This document shows positions 1-9,962 of a stretch of 64,000 nucleotides of DNA, in pieces. The number at the start of each line of letters is the position of its first letter. Within the stretch, counting starts at the first letter, position 1. The notes under the pieces were generated by a model, which saw nothing but the letters and a program-made list of their open reading frames with translations, ran no database searches and was not told the origin of the DNA. The position numbers were made by a program, and so were the translations under genes. Where the stretch lies: the NCBI GenBank assembly GCA_965208105.1, contig OZ242318.1, positions 2,912,001 to 2,976,000 of the forward strand, read 5' to 3'. The stretch comes from Candidatus Latescibacterota bacterium. GTDB taxonomy: Bacteria > Latescibacterota > UBA2968 > UBA8231.

Positions 1-262
1 TGTCCAGATTTTCCCTGTCCAGCATTTCCTTCCAATCGGCGTAGGTACGGGCGCCGCCGGATCGCTTTGCAAAACGCTGACGCCTACCCTCGTCGCGGCT
101 ACTGCCGGCCACCAGGTCTATCCGTGGATTTTTGGAAAGAGCCGTAAAATGCGTTCCGCCCAGATCCTCGACCCTCTGACCAAGGGCGTCGCCGGAAACC
201 TGGTCCCCTGCGCCGATGAAACCCAACCCGATTATACCTGCCTTGTAACTTGAATCGACCAT
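1..262 (-). CDS. Gfo/Idh/MocA-family oxidoreductase, N-terminal part (runs off window)
   Basis: Manual translation from ATG at 262 gives MVDSSYKAGIIGLGFIGAG...THFTALSKNPRIDLVAG...TYADWKEMLDRENLD; Rossmann GxGxxG motif; GGGAG RBS upstream. Confidence 0.8.
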   Translation of the reverse strand, partial: MVDSSYKAGIIGLGFIGAGDQVSGDALGQRVEDLGGTHFTALSKNPRIDLVAGSSRDEGRRQRFAKRSGGARTYADWKEMLDRENLD

Positions 263-336
263 ACTATTCACTCCCTAGACCTTCCAACGCCTGCAACTCA
301 AATTTCTCGAGACAGATCGGTGCCAAGGTCAATTCC

Positions 337-1272
337 TCAACCGATCCGGTTCAGTAAATCCGCCTGCGCATTCAGCACCTCTGCTGTCGATACCTCCCCA
401 TCTCCCTTCTTGACGCTGCATTTCATCCCGATAAAGACCGGTTGAGAACTGGACTTCAGCGCCGCGGCGCATGCTTCTGCGTCTCCGGCACTGAACCCAC
501 AATCGGGGTCGAGATGCGAGTTGTGCGTGTCCATGAAGCCGTCCTGCGAGGCGCCGGCACCGGACAAGATCACCCCTTCCAGGGCTACCTTCGATCCCAT
601 AATCTGATCTACAACGCTCAACGGTTCATCTTCATTGATCAGCAAGCGGCCCCAGTTCAGCATCAGAGAAACCGGGAGACCCGGCAGAGCCTCCCGGTTG
701 ACCGCAGCAACCACGTGCATGAGCTCGGACAGATTCAGCGAAGCCTTCTTTGACGCGGGAAAGGCAACGGGATGGTCCAGGGGACGGTTGTCCGTCACCT
801 CCACCGCAAGCCTGCACTTGGGCAGCACCGCAGCCGCTGCCCCGCGTATATCGGCCAGGCTTTGAAAGAAGGCGATGGCATGTGGAATTTTTCCACCACA
901 GCGCTGTCCAGCATGTACCGCGATATTTCGAATGCGGATACCCTGCCTCGACAAAGAGAGGCACTGCTCCAGGACCGAGCAAACGTCCAGTATAGCTTCC
1001 CGCCTCGGTGCTTCCTCTGTCGAAGAAAGCCCATAGGCCGGGGTCTGCTGTCCAGCTATCGCCCACTGCGTCACCATGGTAACCACCAGCGACGAGGAAA
1101 GCCTCGAAAATACTTCAATCAGTTCCGGAGCAAGCGGTTGGCCCGCCATCAAGGGCAATTCAAAGGCATTGATTCCCCAATCCTCATTTGCCTTGCGATA
1201 CTGTTCGGCCTGCTCGGCAGCCGGCATGGTTGCGATTGAAGCATATGCTCCCAAAACTTTCTCAGCAATCAT
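337..1272 (-). CDS. DUF4862-like TIM-barrel protein
   Basis: 311-aa ORF with N-terminal VLGAYA, NWGR and D-x-H motifs; in operon with neighbours. Confidence 0.6.
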   Translation of the reverse strand: MIAEKVLGAYASIATMPAAEQAEQYRKANEDWGINAFELPLMAGQPLAPELIEVFSRLSSSLVVTMVTQWAIAGQQTPAYGLSSTEEAPRREAILDVCSVLEQCLSLSRQGIRIRNIAVHAGQRCGGKIPHAIAFFQSLADIRGAAAAVLPKCRLAVEVTDNRPLDHPVAFPASKKASLNLSELMHVVAAVNREALPGLPVSLMLNWGRLLINEDEPLSVVDQIMGSKVALEGVILSGAGASQDGFMDTHNSHLDPDCGFSAGDAEACAAALKSSSQPVFIGMKCSVKKGDGEVSTAEVLNAQADLLNRIG

Positions 1273-1289
1273 TATTCCATTCCTTTCGG

Positions 1290-2150
1290 CTAGGAAACCT
1301 TCAGCATCTGCTCGCCCAATTCCCGGAACAGCCAGGATTTGCTCCTGGCCTGTCTCGCCACCGGATTTGCCTCAGGATCGAATTCGATGTCTGCCGCAAG
1401 CAGTTGCTCCTTGTGGGTAGCATATGCCAATCGAGGCTCGGGACCCTGACCGTATGGGGAAATGATGCGGCTGTTGTTTACGTACTCGCTCCTGCCGGCA
1501 TTGGCGATGACCAGGTGTACGCCGTTATCCATCGCCCTGGTTCGTTGTGCCGTGCACTTGCCCATATACCTCCGCCTGATATCGATCCCGTCGGGATGAA
1601 AGTAATTCGTCGGCTGAAACAGGATACTCGCACCCTTGGCTACCAGGAGGCGAGCAATTTCCGGAGATCTCATATCGGCACAGATGAATATTCCGATCTT
1701 GCCGTAACGCGTATTGAATACGTCGACTTCGGTGCCGTCCTCAAAAACCCCCTCGGACAAAACCTTTCGATACTTTCCTATATATCCTTCGTCCGGGCCC
1801 ACAAGAAAAGCTGTATTGTAGATTTTGTTTGAGCGTTTTTTCCGTTCCACCACGCCAAAGATAATGTACAAATCATTCTTTTTGGACTTGTCTGCGAATA
1901 CCTCTACCATTGGACCAGGGACTGGCTCGGCGTAGACCTCCTCTTTCGGCCGCTTGTTATGAACCCAGTCGAATCCCGTACTGGCGCACTCGGGAAAACA
2001 CAGAATCTCCACACCTCTTTCAGCAGCCTTGTCGCAATAAGACAACGCCTTCTCGATATTTCCCTCCACATCGCCAACAGTAGAAATCATCTGCGCGGCA
2101 CCTGCGCGCACCTTTATGGTCCGAGCACCTTTCTTCCTGACTTCAGCCAT
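1290..2150 (-). CDS. Carbon-nitrogen hydrolase (nitrilase superfamily)
   Basis: Catalytic E-K-C motifs FPEC, YRKV, ICAD; likely start MAEVRKK at 2150 after GGGAGG. Confidence 0.9.
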   Translation of the reverse strand: MAEVRKKGARTIKVRAGAAQMISTVGDVEGNIEKALSYCDKAAERGVEILCFPECASTGFDWVHNKRPKEEVYAEPVPGPMVEVFADKSKKNDLYIIFGVVERKKRSNKIYNTAFLVGPDEGYIGKYRKVLSEGVFEDGTEVDVFNTRYGKIGIFICADMRSPEIARLLVAKGASILFQPTNYFHPDGIDIRRRYMGKCTAQRTRAMDNGVHLVIANAGRSEYVNNSRIISPYGQGPEPRLAYATHKEQLLAADIEFDPEANPVARQARSKSWLFRELGEQMLKVS

Positions 2151-2166
2151 TCCTCCCACCTCCAAT

Positions 2167-3183
2167 TCAGGACGGCAGCTTCGCATCCAACTCAGCCAAA
2201 AGAGCTACCGCTTTTTTGCGCTTGGCTTCATTGCCATCGCGGGCAATGATCCGCTGCAGGGTGGAACGTGCGTTCTGGTCGCCTCTGGCTGCCATCTCAA
2301 GCCCCATCTGGTCTCGCCTATCGTGATAGCTGTTGTCGTACTCAACTACCTCGAGATCCCAGCGGCGCCAGTAGTACTTCAGCTCGGTGGATGGCCATTC
2401 AGCATAGATTTCTTCCCAGTTTCCGGGCAGGCTGTGCGGTTCGAGGCTGCCGGAAACAATGGGGCCGCTGACCTTCTGATAGCGAGCATCTATCGACATA
2501 CGCAGCTGCTCGCTCGCGTTGGGCAATCCTTTGTGCACCGCCATACTGTGAAAAATGAGCACGTCTCCCTGTTCGAACGGACTACTCACCCAGGTGTCTT
2601 CGAGAGGGTCAATGACTTCCAGGCCTCCCGCTCCAAGGGCGGGACGAAAATCGTACACCCCGCTGCGGTGCGATCCGGAGGCAATCTGCAAACCACCCAT
2701 CTCGGGCGGCGCTGCGCTCAACGGAAACCAGGCCGTATATGTCTCGACCGAGCCCTGAATGGGAATAAAATCCTGATGCGGCGGGGTCGTGTAGGCCTCC
2801 CTCCTCGGAAATATGATCCGGCCGATTATGCGCGGGTGGGGAATCGCAGCCTCTCCCAGCATGCGTTCAAAAAGGCCAATCAGGTTGGGGTGATGCTGTA
2901 TGGCGTGAAACGCCTGGAGCTTGTACAATTGGTGATATACCTGCATGTACTGTGGCTGAGGCTCGACGCAAAAACCGCCGAGATCGGCAAAGGCCTCTTC
3001 CAATGGCCCATCGGCCTTGACCCAACCTACCTCGCGCAGGATTTCGAGCATCTGTATCCGCAGGTCTTCCAGTATTTCCGCCGGCAACAATGCGCGAACG
3101 AAGAGGTATCCATCCCGCTCCATGCGCTCGCGCAACTCTTTTCCATCTCCCAGGACCTCGGTGGAATTGAGAAAAGGTTGCAT
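2167..3183 (-). CDS. Phytanoyl-CoA dioxygenase (PhyH) family Fe(II)/2OG dioxygenase
   Basis: RDGYLFVR, PHQD, WFPL, GSH, GDVLIFHSMAVH and RMSID motifs. Confidence 0.9.
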   Translation of the reverse strand: MQPFLNSTEVLGDGKELRERMERDGYLFVRALLPAEILEDLRIQMLEILREVGWVKADGPLEEAFADLGGFCVEPQPQYMQVYHQLYKLQAFHAIQHHPNLIGLFERMLGEAAIPHPRIIGRIIFPRREAYTTPPHQDFIPIQGSVETYTAWFPLSAAPPEMGGLQIASGSHRSGVYDFRPALGAGGLEVIDPLEDTWVSSPFEQGDVLIFHSMAVHKGLPNASEQLRMSIDARYQKVSGPIVSGSLEPHSLPGNWEEIYAEWPSTELKYYWRRWDLEVVEYDNSYHDRRDQMGLEMAARGDQNARSTLQRIIARDGNEAKRKKAVALLAELDAKLPS

Positions 3184-3279
3184 ACGGCTCCTCCTATTGA
3201 AATCGTTAAGGGCTTGTACCCGCTATACGCGAAGAATCCGGCGGACCCCGCCTGGTCTTCTCCCGCCTTTGACCGCCAC

Positions 3280-3591
3280 CTACCTGCTGGCTTTTCTAGG
3301 CAACTTGACCTGACTGACGCCTTTGCTCCCCCCTGGTCTGGCAACCCGGGATTTGGATTTCTTGCCCTTGCTCCTGCGACGGGTTTCCACATCGGCCTGG
3401 GCTTCTGCCTCCTCATCCCGGGCATCCTCACGCGGCTTCTCCTGCGAGATTTTTGATTGGGCAAGGGCGTTATGAGCCGTCTCCTCGTCCTCCGCCAGGT
3501 GACACCTCTTGTATTTCTTTCCGGAGCCGCAGGGACACAAATCGTTCCTGCCGGTTTCTTTCAGACGCTTCGCATAGTCCATGTTCGCCAT
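3280..3591 (-). CDS. SEC-C metal-binding motif protein
   Basis: GRNDLCPCGSGKKYKRCH followed by a charged, low-complexity tail; start MANMDY at 3591. Confidence 0.8.
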   Translation of the reverse strand: MANMDYAKRLKETGRNDLCPCGSGKKYKRCHLAEDEETAHNALAQSKISQEKPREDARDEEAEAQADVETRRRSKGKKSKSRVARPGGSKGVSQVKLPRKASR

Positions 3592-3660
3592 GCAGCTACC
3601 CTCTTCTGAAAAGGAGATGCGTCCACTTGCCGACACTTCCGGGGAGCGGGGGGCATCCAA

Positions 3661-4674
3661 TCAAGGCGCCAAATCCACCACTACGCGCCCCACCTGCTTC
3701 CCCTGCAGAATTCGTTCGATTTCGCCATCCAGTTCTTCCAGCGAGCACATTGAGAACAGGCGCTCCGGATCATCGACCTTCCACTCTTGGGAAATTTTCT
3801 GCCAGATCTTCAATCGCTCCGGCATCGGGCAACTGGTGGAATCGATGCCGAAAAGGCTGATTCCCCGCAAAATAAACGGAAAAACCGTGACCGGCAGTTC
3901 CGGAGAAGCTACCAGCCCGCAGCAAGCGGCGGCGCCACCAACCTTCATGGACCGGAGCGCCGTAGCCAAAATTGGACCCCCAACCACGTCGACCACTCCA
4001 GCCCAGCGCGTGCTCAAAAGGGGAGACCCTGCTGTATCCTCGTTCAACAGGTCTCTGGGTAAAACCTTTGCGGCACCGAGGCGGGTGAGAAACTCCACCT
4101 GGTCCAACTTTCCGGTCGCGGCAACTACTTCGTAGCCTTCCTGAGCCAGCATGGCGACCGCCATACAGCCAACTCCCCCCGTTGCGCCCGTGACCAGTAT
4201 CTCCCCCATTTCAGGGGAGATTCCCGATCCCTGCAGCTTGAGAAGGGAAAGTGCTGCCGTAAAGCCGGCGGTGCCGTAGACCATGCTCTCCTTCAGCGAA
4301 AGGTTTTCGGGCAGTGGAACCACCCAGGCAGCCGGCACGCGGATGCGCTGTCCAAACCCGCCTGGCGTGTTCGAACCCAGGTCGAACCCCGTGACCACCA
4401 CCTTGTCTCCAGGATTGAATTGGTCGCTCTCACTCTCCTCCACTATTCCCGAAGCATCTATACCGGGGGTGTGGGGGTAATTTTTTGTGACCCCTTTATG
4501 CCCCACGGCCGAGAGTCCGTCCTTGTAGTTGAGCGATGAAAAGCAGACCCGGATCAATACTTCACCAGCTGGCAGATCGTCTGTTGAGCGATCGAGGATC
4601 TGGCGCGAAAATCTACCAACCCCCACCTCCTCTACGACCAGAGCTCTATATGATTTCAGTGTCGACTTGTTCAC
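3661..4674 (-). CDS. YhdH/YhfP-family quinone oxidoreductase (acryloyl-CoA reductase-like, MDR superfamily)
   Basis: SSLNYKD, GTAGFTAAL, VTGATGGVG and PFILRGISLFGIDS motifs. Confidence 0.9.
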   Translation of the reverse strand: MNKSTLKSYRALVVEEVGVGRFSRQILDRSTDDLPAGEVLIRVCFSSLNYKDGLSAVGHKGVTKNYPHTPGIDASGIVEESESDQFNPGDKVVVTGFDLGSNTPGGFGQRIRVPAAWVVPLPENLSLKESMVYGTAGFTAALSLLKLQGSGISPEMGEILVTGATGGVGCMAVAMLAQEGYEVVAATGKLDQVEFLTRLGAAKVLPRDLLNEDTAGSPLLSTRWAGVVDVVGGPILATALRSMKVGGAAACCGLVASPELPVTVFPFILRGISLFGIDSTSCPMPERLKIWQKISQEWKVDDPERLFSMCSLEELDGEIERILQGKQVGRVVVDLAP

Positions 4675-5891
4675 GCTGCCGCTTCTTTCCTATCCTTGCT
4701 CGCCGCCTGCCTTCCCGCCTCGCCAACCCCCCGCGCGTACCCTGGGTCCATCCACAGGGCAACGGCTTCCTTTTCGTAGCCGCCCCTCGTCCTCAAGCCG
4801 CCCACCTGATCCATCGATAACCATTCCGACTGCAATTCACCTGCCCTCAACGGGGACAGGTCCTCCAGGGAATGGGCGAATACCCGGCACAACTGCCCAT
4901 CCTCCGCAAAGTCTCCGATATAGCTCATCCAGGGGACCTCCAGGCCGAGCATCGCTTCGGCGATTTTTTGGGTGGGGCCTACGAGGTTGACCTGTGGTGA
5001 CACCCGGTGCTCGGGAGGGAGAGAGCCGCCAGGCAGCGACCATCTCCCATCCTGGCCGCGCACGAACAGGAACTGCTCATCCCGCTCCAGCAGCAGGCGC
5101 ACCTCGCCGATGAGGCAGTCGCCGTAGTGCGGCAGCAGGGAATTGCCCCTGCACCTGATCTTCTCATGTGCCCGACTGCTGAAAAGGTCGGGGCCGCTGG
5201 CCGGTGGTGCATTGAGGGCGCGGTACTTGTTGTAGATCCCATAGCGCTCCCGCTGCGAGAGGTTCGGCCCTGCCTGGTGCCAGGTAAACATGTTCATCAG
5301 AAGCAGATCTCCCCGCCTGAGCCTGGCGTCTTCCGGTGCGGCGATCTGGTCAGCACGCGACCGCTCAACGCGCCAGACCCGGCCAGCGCGAACCTTGCGG
5401 CTGAATTTGAAGGAACCAGGTGAAACGGCGAGGGCTCCAATCTCTTCGTCCAGGTCCACCAGAGGGGCAATGGAAAAGAGCCAGTTTAGAGAGGACCCGG
5501 CCTGCTGATAGGTCTTGTAATCCTGATGGGCCGTGGGGTGCGATCCTTCGTAGTCTCCCGCTGTACCTCTGGCCCCAGGCGTCTTGAGATAGGCCACACT
5601 CGCCGACAGAGCCACCGGACCGCCCAGTAGACTCTCCGCCGCCGAGACGACAAAAGGATGGGCGGCAATGTAGGCCAGTCCCGGGTCTTCGATGTAGCGA
5701 CCATCGACCGTAAATTGAGTAGCCGGCGCAGGATAAGGCTTTTTGCGAACCTCGATATCAGTGCGCTTAACGGAACGAATCACGCCCTCGGCTATTTGCC
5801 CCAATTCCCCTTCCGAAAAGAGGTTGCGCACTATGACGAAACCTTGTTCTTCGTACTCCCGGATCTGGTCCCGGCTAAGCCCAGGTGCCAT
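4671..5891 (-). CDS. PhyH-family dioxygenase fused to a C-terminal Nudix-like domain
   Basis: EQGFVIVR, AHQD and GDLLLMNMFTWH in the N-terminal part; LFVRGQDGRWSLPGG in the C-terminal part. Confidence 0.7.
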   Translation of the reverse strand: MAPGLSRDQIREYEEQGFVIVRNLFSEGELGQIAEGVIRSVKRTDIEVRKKPYPAPATQFTVDGRYIEDPGLAYIAAHPFVVSAAESLLGGPVALSASVAYLKTPGARGTAGDYEGSHPTAHQDYKTYQQAGSSLNWLFSIAPLVDLDEEIGALAVSPGSFKFSRKVRAGRVWRVERSRADQIAAPEDARLRRGDLLLMNMFTWHQAGPNLSQRERYGIYNKYRALNAPPASGPDLFSSRAHEKIRCRGNSLLPHYGDCLIGEVRLLLERDEQFLFVRGQDGRWSLPGGSLPPEHRVSPQVNLVGPTQKIAEAMLGLEVPWMSYIGDFAEDGQLCRVFAHSLEDLSPLRAGELQSEWLSMDQVGGLRTRGGYEKEAVALWMDPGYARGVGEAGRQAASKDRKEAAA

Positions 5892-5972
5892 CTTTGACTC
5901 CCGTCCTCATTTTTGCAAGTATCCCTTTCTCCCGCGCCCCCCGCGACACTGCCACGTCCCTGCTTTCTACCT

Positions 5973-6665
5973 CTACTTCCCCTCGATCATCCCTAGGACG
6001 AACTCCGCGGTCTTGCTTACCGCCGCTGCCGCCATCGCGCGGCCCTGCTCTGCACTTGCCAGCAGAGGCTCCCTGTCTTCCTGCTCCCGCATGGCGTCGT
6101 GGCGCACGTTCTCGGGGAAAAGGGCAAGGGCGAAGGCCGTCTCATACTCCTGTGCATGTCCAGGCACCGAGCTACTGCAATGCTGCTCTGCAATATCCCG
6201 GCTCAGGTCCCAGTAGGATTGAAACTGCAAATCGATTTCGGGGTCGACGGAATTAAAGTAAAGGTCCCACTGAGGCTTGACCCCTTCCACGGGAGCCACA
6301 TTGCCCCCGTGGCCATTCAGGATCAGGACCTTCCTGATTCCGTGCCGCACCAGGCTTTCCACGGCGTCGAAAAGGACGGCCAGCCAAGACCCCGGCTTGG
6401 CCGTTATGGTGCCCTTTTGGACCATGTGGTGCTCGGATATGCCGACTGCCATGGGTACGCTCACGATCACCTGGGGATAAAGAAGCTTTGCCGCCTCCCT
6501 GGCCACGTAGGTCGAAGAAGCGATATCGTGCTCCATTGCCAGGTGCTCCAGGTGCTGTTCGTTGCTCCCGGTGGGAATAATCGCCGCCTGGAATTTGCCC
6601 TGTTCCAGGGCTTGGCGGAATTCCCGCCGCGTCAACTTGGCCAGCATTACCTCTCGGTTGGTCAT
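5973..6665 (-). CDS. Creatininase/creatinine amidohydrolase family protein
   Basis: GSNEQHLEHL, SEHHM, NGHGGN and GHAQEYET motifs. Confidence 0.9.
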   Translation of the reverse strand: MTNREVMLAKLTRREFRQALEQGKFQAAIIPTGSNEQHLEHLAMEHDIASSTYVAREAAKLLYPQVIVSVPMAVGISEHHMVQKGTITAKPGSWLAVLFDAVESLVRHGIRKVLILNGHGGNVAPVEGVKPQWDLYFNSVDPEIDLQFQSYWDLSRDIAEQHCSSSVPGHAQEYETAFALALFPENVRHDAMREQEDREPLLASAEQGRAMAAAAVSKTAEFVLGMIEGK

Positions 6666-6745
6666 GATTCTCTCCGCCTATCTATTTCTGGGGAAACCGG
6701 AAGAAAATTATATCTTCTGTCCACAGGCCTGTCAAAATCTTCCTC

Positions 6746-9178
6746 TTACGGGCGGGTTGCCGGGGCTAATTTCCCGAAAAGTACAGCCGCGAGCGCGTAT
6801 AGTAAAAGAGCGCCCGTCCCTGCGGCATGCAAGCCCCAGGTCATGGCCACCGCAGTGGCCAGTGGGGGAGCAAGAACCGAGGCAAAGCCATTTACCCCCC
6901 ATGCCCACGGCAAAAGGGCCGGATAGCGGTGCTGCAGGCACCTCAGCGCGAGTGGCATCGGCATACCCATCAAAAACCCCAGAGGTGCAATCGCCAGCAC
7001 TGCGACCAAAATACGCGCTTCCTCCGGGAACAGGCCTGCCCAAGCCACAACCCGTTCCACCATCCATATTTCCACTAATCCCGCCAGGATCAGGCATGTA
7101 AACAGATATCGCACCTTTCCCTCCTGCAACCTTCCCATGGCATGCACTGCCAAACTTCCCGCGCCGGAGAACAGAAGGAATCCCCCAAGGGTCGCCGCTC
7201 CGGCCTGCACCGGATCTCCGATCAGGTGAATCATATGCGAGAGCGTAGAGACCTGGAGGGTCAGGTAGGCCAGGCCAATGGCCGCAAAATAGGCCGCGGT
7301 AATCCACCGTCCTGCCGCCCCGCGAATCTCCGCTACCAGTCCGATGGGCAACAGGGTCATCAGAGCTCCACTCATGGCGGCGGCCGCGATCGCGGCAAAT
7401 ACGAAAATCAACCCCAACTCGGTGCGCGTCAGCCAGAGATTGCCAAAGGTCTCCCGCAATAATCCAATGGAATCCAGTTTGCCGAAATGGGCAAAATACG
7501 GCCGCATATCGGTAGCCGGGCGAATTTCGAAGGGCCACTTCTCGAAAAGCTCCTCTCCCCTGGTGGTAACCAGTTGCCCGATCACGTAATGCAGCCAGTC
7601 TCCGCTGGAGCCCGGAGGCCCTGGCAACTGGTCAGGGCGATTCAGCTCTTCGGGACCAATTCCAGCAAAGTAGACAGGCGTCAATTGCCTCTCGGCGCAC
7701 AGCCGGCGCACCGAGTCGAGCTCTGCAGAAGTCCACGGAGTGGTTTTGACCATAGTACAGGCAGCGAGAAAGTCCCGCACCACGACCAGGTGTCTGCCGG
7801 CCTGATCGACGCCGAGTCGGCGCAAGGCCTCCACCAGAGTCGCCGCCAGCTTTGCATTGTCTCTGGGGGGAAATTGAATGCCGCGGCCCACGGCCAGGAT
7901 CCCATCGGGAGAAAGCCGCCGCAAACAGGCGGCCAGCCCTTCGACCGTAACCAGGTAGTCGTGTCGCAGGCCGCCCACCCCGCCTTGATCAGCAGCCCAC
8001 GACTCCAGCCCCGCCAGCTGAATCAGATCAAACCGAGCCTGGCTGAAGCCAACAAAGTGGCGCGGCTCGACAAAGTTAAGGGAGACCTCGGGCCTGGAGA
8101 AAATTCTACCCCCCTGGCCTTCAAGAGGTCCGCGCAGAAGTTGAATCAAATTCTCGTTCGACTGGACGACCTCGATGGAGGGCGCCTGGTTGCGAACAGC
8201 CAGCCAGATGTTGGCACCGCCCGCCTCGCCCAAGAGCAGCACCCGGGGTCCGGGAGGAAGAAATGCGTAGGGGACCGACATCAGGGTTTGTTCCACGACC
8301 CGAGCCTCCTCCGCATCCGCCACCTGCAGGACAGAGCCGGCCCAGTGACCGTCCACTACCAGAGAGAGCATCGAGGGAGGGCTCTCTCCTGTCGAGAGAA
8401 AAGGCAATTCGTGGAACACAGACCCTCCATAGACCTCCACCTGGCCGCGCGGACCATAGGCTCGGGCTATTCTCTCTGCCTTTCCAGCGGCGCAGAGACG
8501 CTCGACATAGGTCTGATATTTGAACGAATCTACTCTGATCTTCGGTGGGTCCAACCCGAGCCACAACACATTGCCCGCAACACAAAGGATTACGGCGAAG
8601 TGGCCGCGCAGAGAATGCCGGAAGGCCAGGGGAAGCGCTCCCGCCAGTGCCAGTCCTCCCAAACTGGCACCCAGCCATGCCGGCGGCGCATGGTGCATCA
8701 GTAGGGAGGAAAAAATCGCACCCAAGGCACTGCCCGCCAAATTGGTGGCGTAGACTGCGGGCAGACCCTTTCCCGCCATCATCAGCGCCAGTCCAATCGC
8801 CATGGCGCCAAGCAGGAACGGCACAAAGAAAACCGCCCAATAGAGTCCCCATGACAGGATCTGCCGGGCCAATAGCGGGGGTAGAAAGCGTGCCTCCGCA
8901 GGCACGTGCTCCGCCAGTTGCACCGAAGCGGGCATGGACGCAGCTGTAGCTATGACCAGAGAAAAAAAAACAAAATCGCCTCTGGGCAGCACCCAGCGCC
9001 GCAGCAGGCACAGAGCCGTCCCACTGGCGCCAAACCCCAGGAGGGCAATGCTGATTACGAAAAAGGCGAAATGGTGCCAGCTGGCGTAGAGCAGCATGCG
9101 CATGAGCGCGATCTCAAACCCCAGAAGGCTGCAGGAGAGAATCCCCACCGGCCAAAGAAGACGAAAACTGGAGTTCAA
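6746..9178 (-). CDS. Membrane protein with spermidine-synthase-like SAM-methyltransferase domain
   Basis: N- and C-terminal TM clusters (HHFAFFVISIALLGFG; WAWGVNGFASV), central VLLLGEAGG, FDLIQL and PATDMRPYF. Confidence 0.75.
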   Translation of the reverse strand: MNSSFRLLWPVGILSCSLLGFEIALMRMLLYASWHHFAFFVISIALLGFGASGTALCLLRRWVLPRGDFVFFSLVIATAASMPASVQLAEHVPAEARFLPPLLARQILSWGLYWAVFFVPFLLGAMAIGLALMMAGKGLPAVYATNLAGSALGAIFSSLLMHHAPPAWLGASLGGLALAGALPLAFRHSLRGHFAVILCVAGNVLWLGLDPPKIRVDSFKYQTYVERLCAAGKAERIARAYGPRGQVEVYGGSVFHELPFLSTGESPPSMLSLVVDGHWAGSVLQVADAEEARVVEQTLMSVPYAFLPPGPRVLLLGEAGGANIWLAVRNQAPSIEVVQSNENLIQLLRGPLEGQGGRIFSRPEVSLNFVEPRHFVGFSQARFDLIQLAGLESWAADQGGVGGLRHDYLVTVEGLAACLRRLSPDGILAVGRGIQFPPRDNAKLAATLVEALRRLGVDQAGRHLVVVRDFLAACTMVKTTPWTSAELDSVRRLCAERQLTPVYFAGIGPEELNRPDQLPGPPGSSGDWLHYVIGQLVTTRGEELFEKWPFEIRPATDMRPYFAHFGKLDSIGLLRETFGNLWLTRTELGLIFVFAAIAAAAMSGALMTLLPIGLVAEIRGAAGRWITAAYFAAIGLAYLTLQVSTLSHMIHLIGDPVQAGAATLGGFLLFSGAGSLAVHAMGRLQEGKVRYLFTCLILAGLVEIWMVERVVAWAGLFPEEARILVAVLAIAPLGFLMGMPMPLALRCLQHRYPALLPWAWGVNGFASVLAPPLATAVAMTWGLHAAGTGALLLYALAAVLFGKLAPATRP

Positions 9179-9951
9179 TCTCGTAATGCCCGGCCAGTCA
9201 TAGGCACGAAGCGAACCCCCATCACCGAATGCGATTCACGCTTGCCATCCTCTGTCTTCTCCACGACCACCAGCCGCTGAACCGAGTATACGCCCCCGAT
9301 CGGAATGACGATCCGTCCACCTGGCTTCAGTTGTTTCCACAGGGGTGGAGGCAGATGGCCGGCAGCACAGGTCACGATAATAGCATCGAAGGGAGCCTCC
9401 TGGGGCCAGCCGAAGTAGCCATCACCAAACTTCGTTTCAATCCTCTCCCCTCCCTGGGTCCTGAGCACTTCGCTGGCCAGGGCGGCCAGCGGTTCGACAA
9501 TTTCAATGGTGTACACATGAGGTGTCAACTGCGCCAGCACAGCCGCCTGATAGCCCGAGCCGGTCCCGATTTCCAATACCTTGGAGCCTGGGCTGATCTT
9601 CAGCAACTCGGTCATTATGGCAACCATGTACGGCTGCGAGATAGTCTGCCCGTGGCCAATCGGCAAAGGCGTGTCATCATAGGCATTCCGCAGCAGGTCC
9701 TCTGGCACGAATGCATGCCGGGGCACTGAGCGCATCGCCCGCAACACGGCCTCGTCCGATACCGCTGCACGGCTCCAGTCCGGCCCCTCAATCTGGGTGC
9801 GGACCATGTGGTGGCGCTCCCGCACCCATCCAGAGGCGGCCGGCGCTACTGGTGCCTTCCATGCGGTCGTATCCTGCTTCAGGTCCGCCCCGGAATTCTG
9901 CCCGGATAAGAATACTGCGGCCACAAGACACCAGGAATATCTCAGCACCAA
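9175..9951 (-). CDS. pcm: Protein-L-isoaspartate O-methyltransferase with N-terminal signal-like extension
   Basis: VPRHAFVP, GQTISQPYMVA, LEIGTGSGYQAA and VRFVPM motifs. Confidence 0.92.
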   Translation of the reverse strand: MVLRYSWCLVAAVFLSGQNSGADLKQDTTAWKAPVAPAASGWVRERHHMVRTQIEGPDWSRAAVSDEAVLRAMRSVPRHAFVPEDLLRNAYDDTPLPIGHGQTISQPYMVAIMTELLKISPGSKVLEIGTGSGYQAAVLAQLTPHVYTIEIVEPLAALASEVLRTQGGERIETKFGDGYFGWPQEAPFDAIIVTCAAGHLPPPLWKQLKPGGRIVIPIGGVYSVQRLVVVEKTEDGKRESHSVMGVRFVPMTGRALRD

Positions 9952-9962
9952 CTCCTCCCAAG

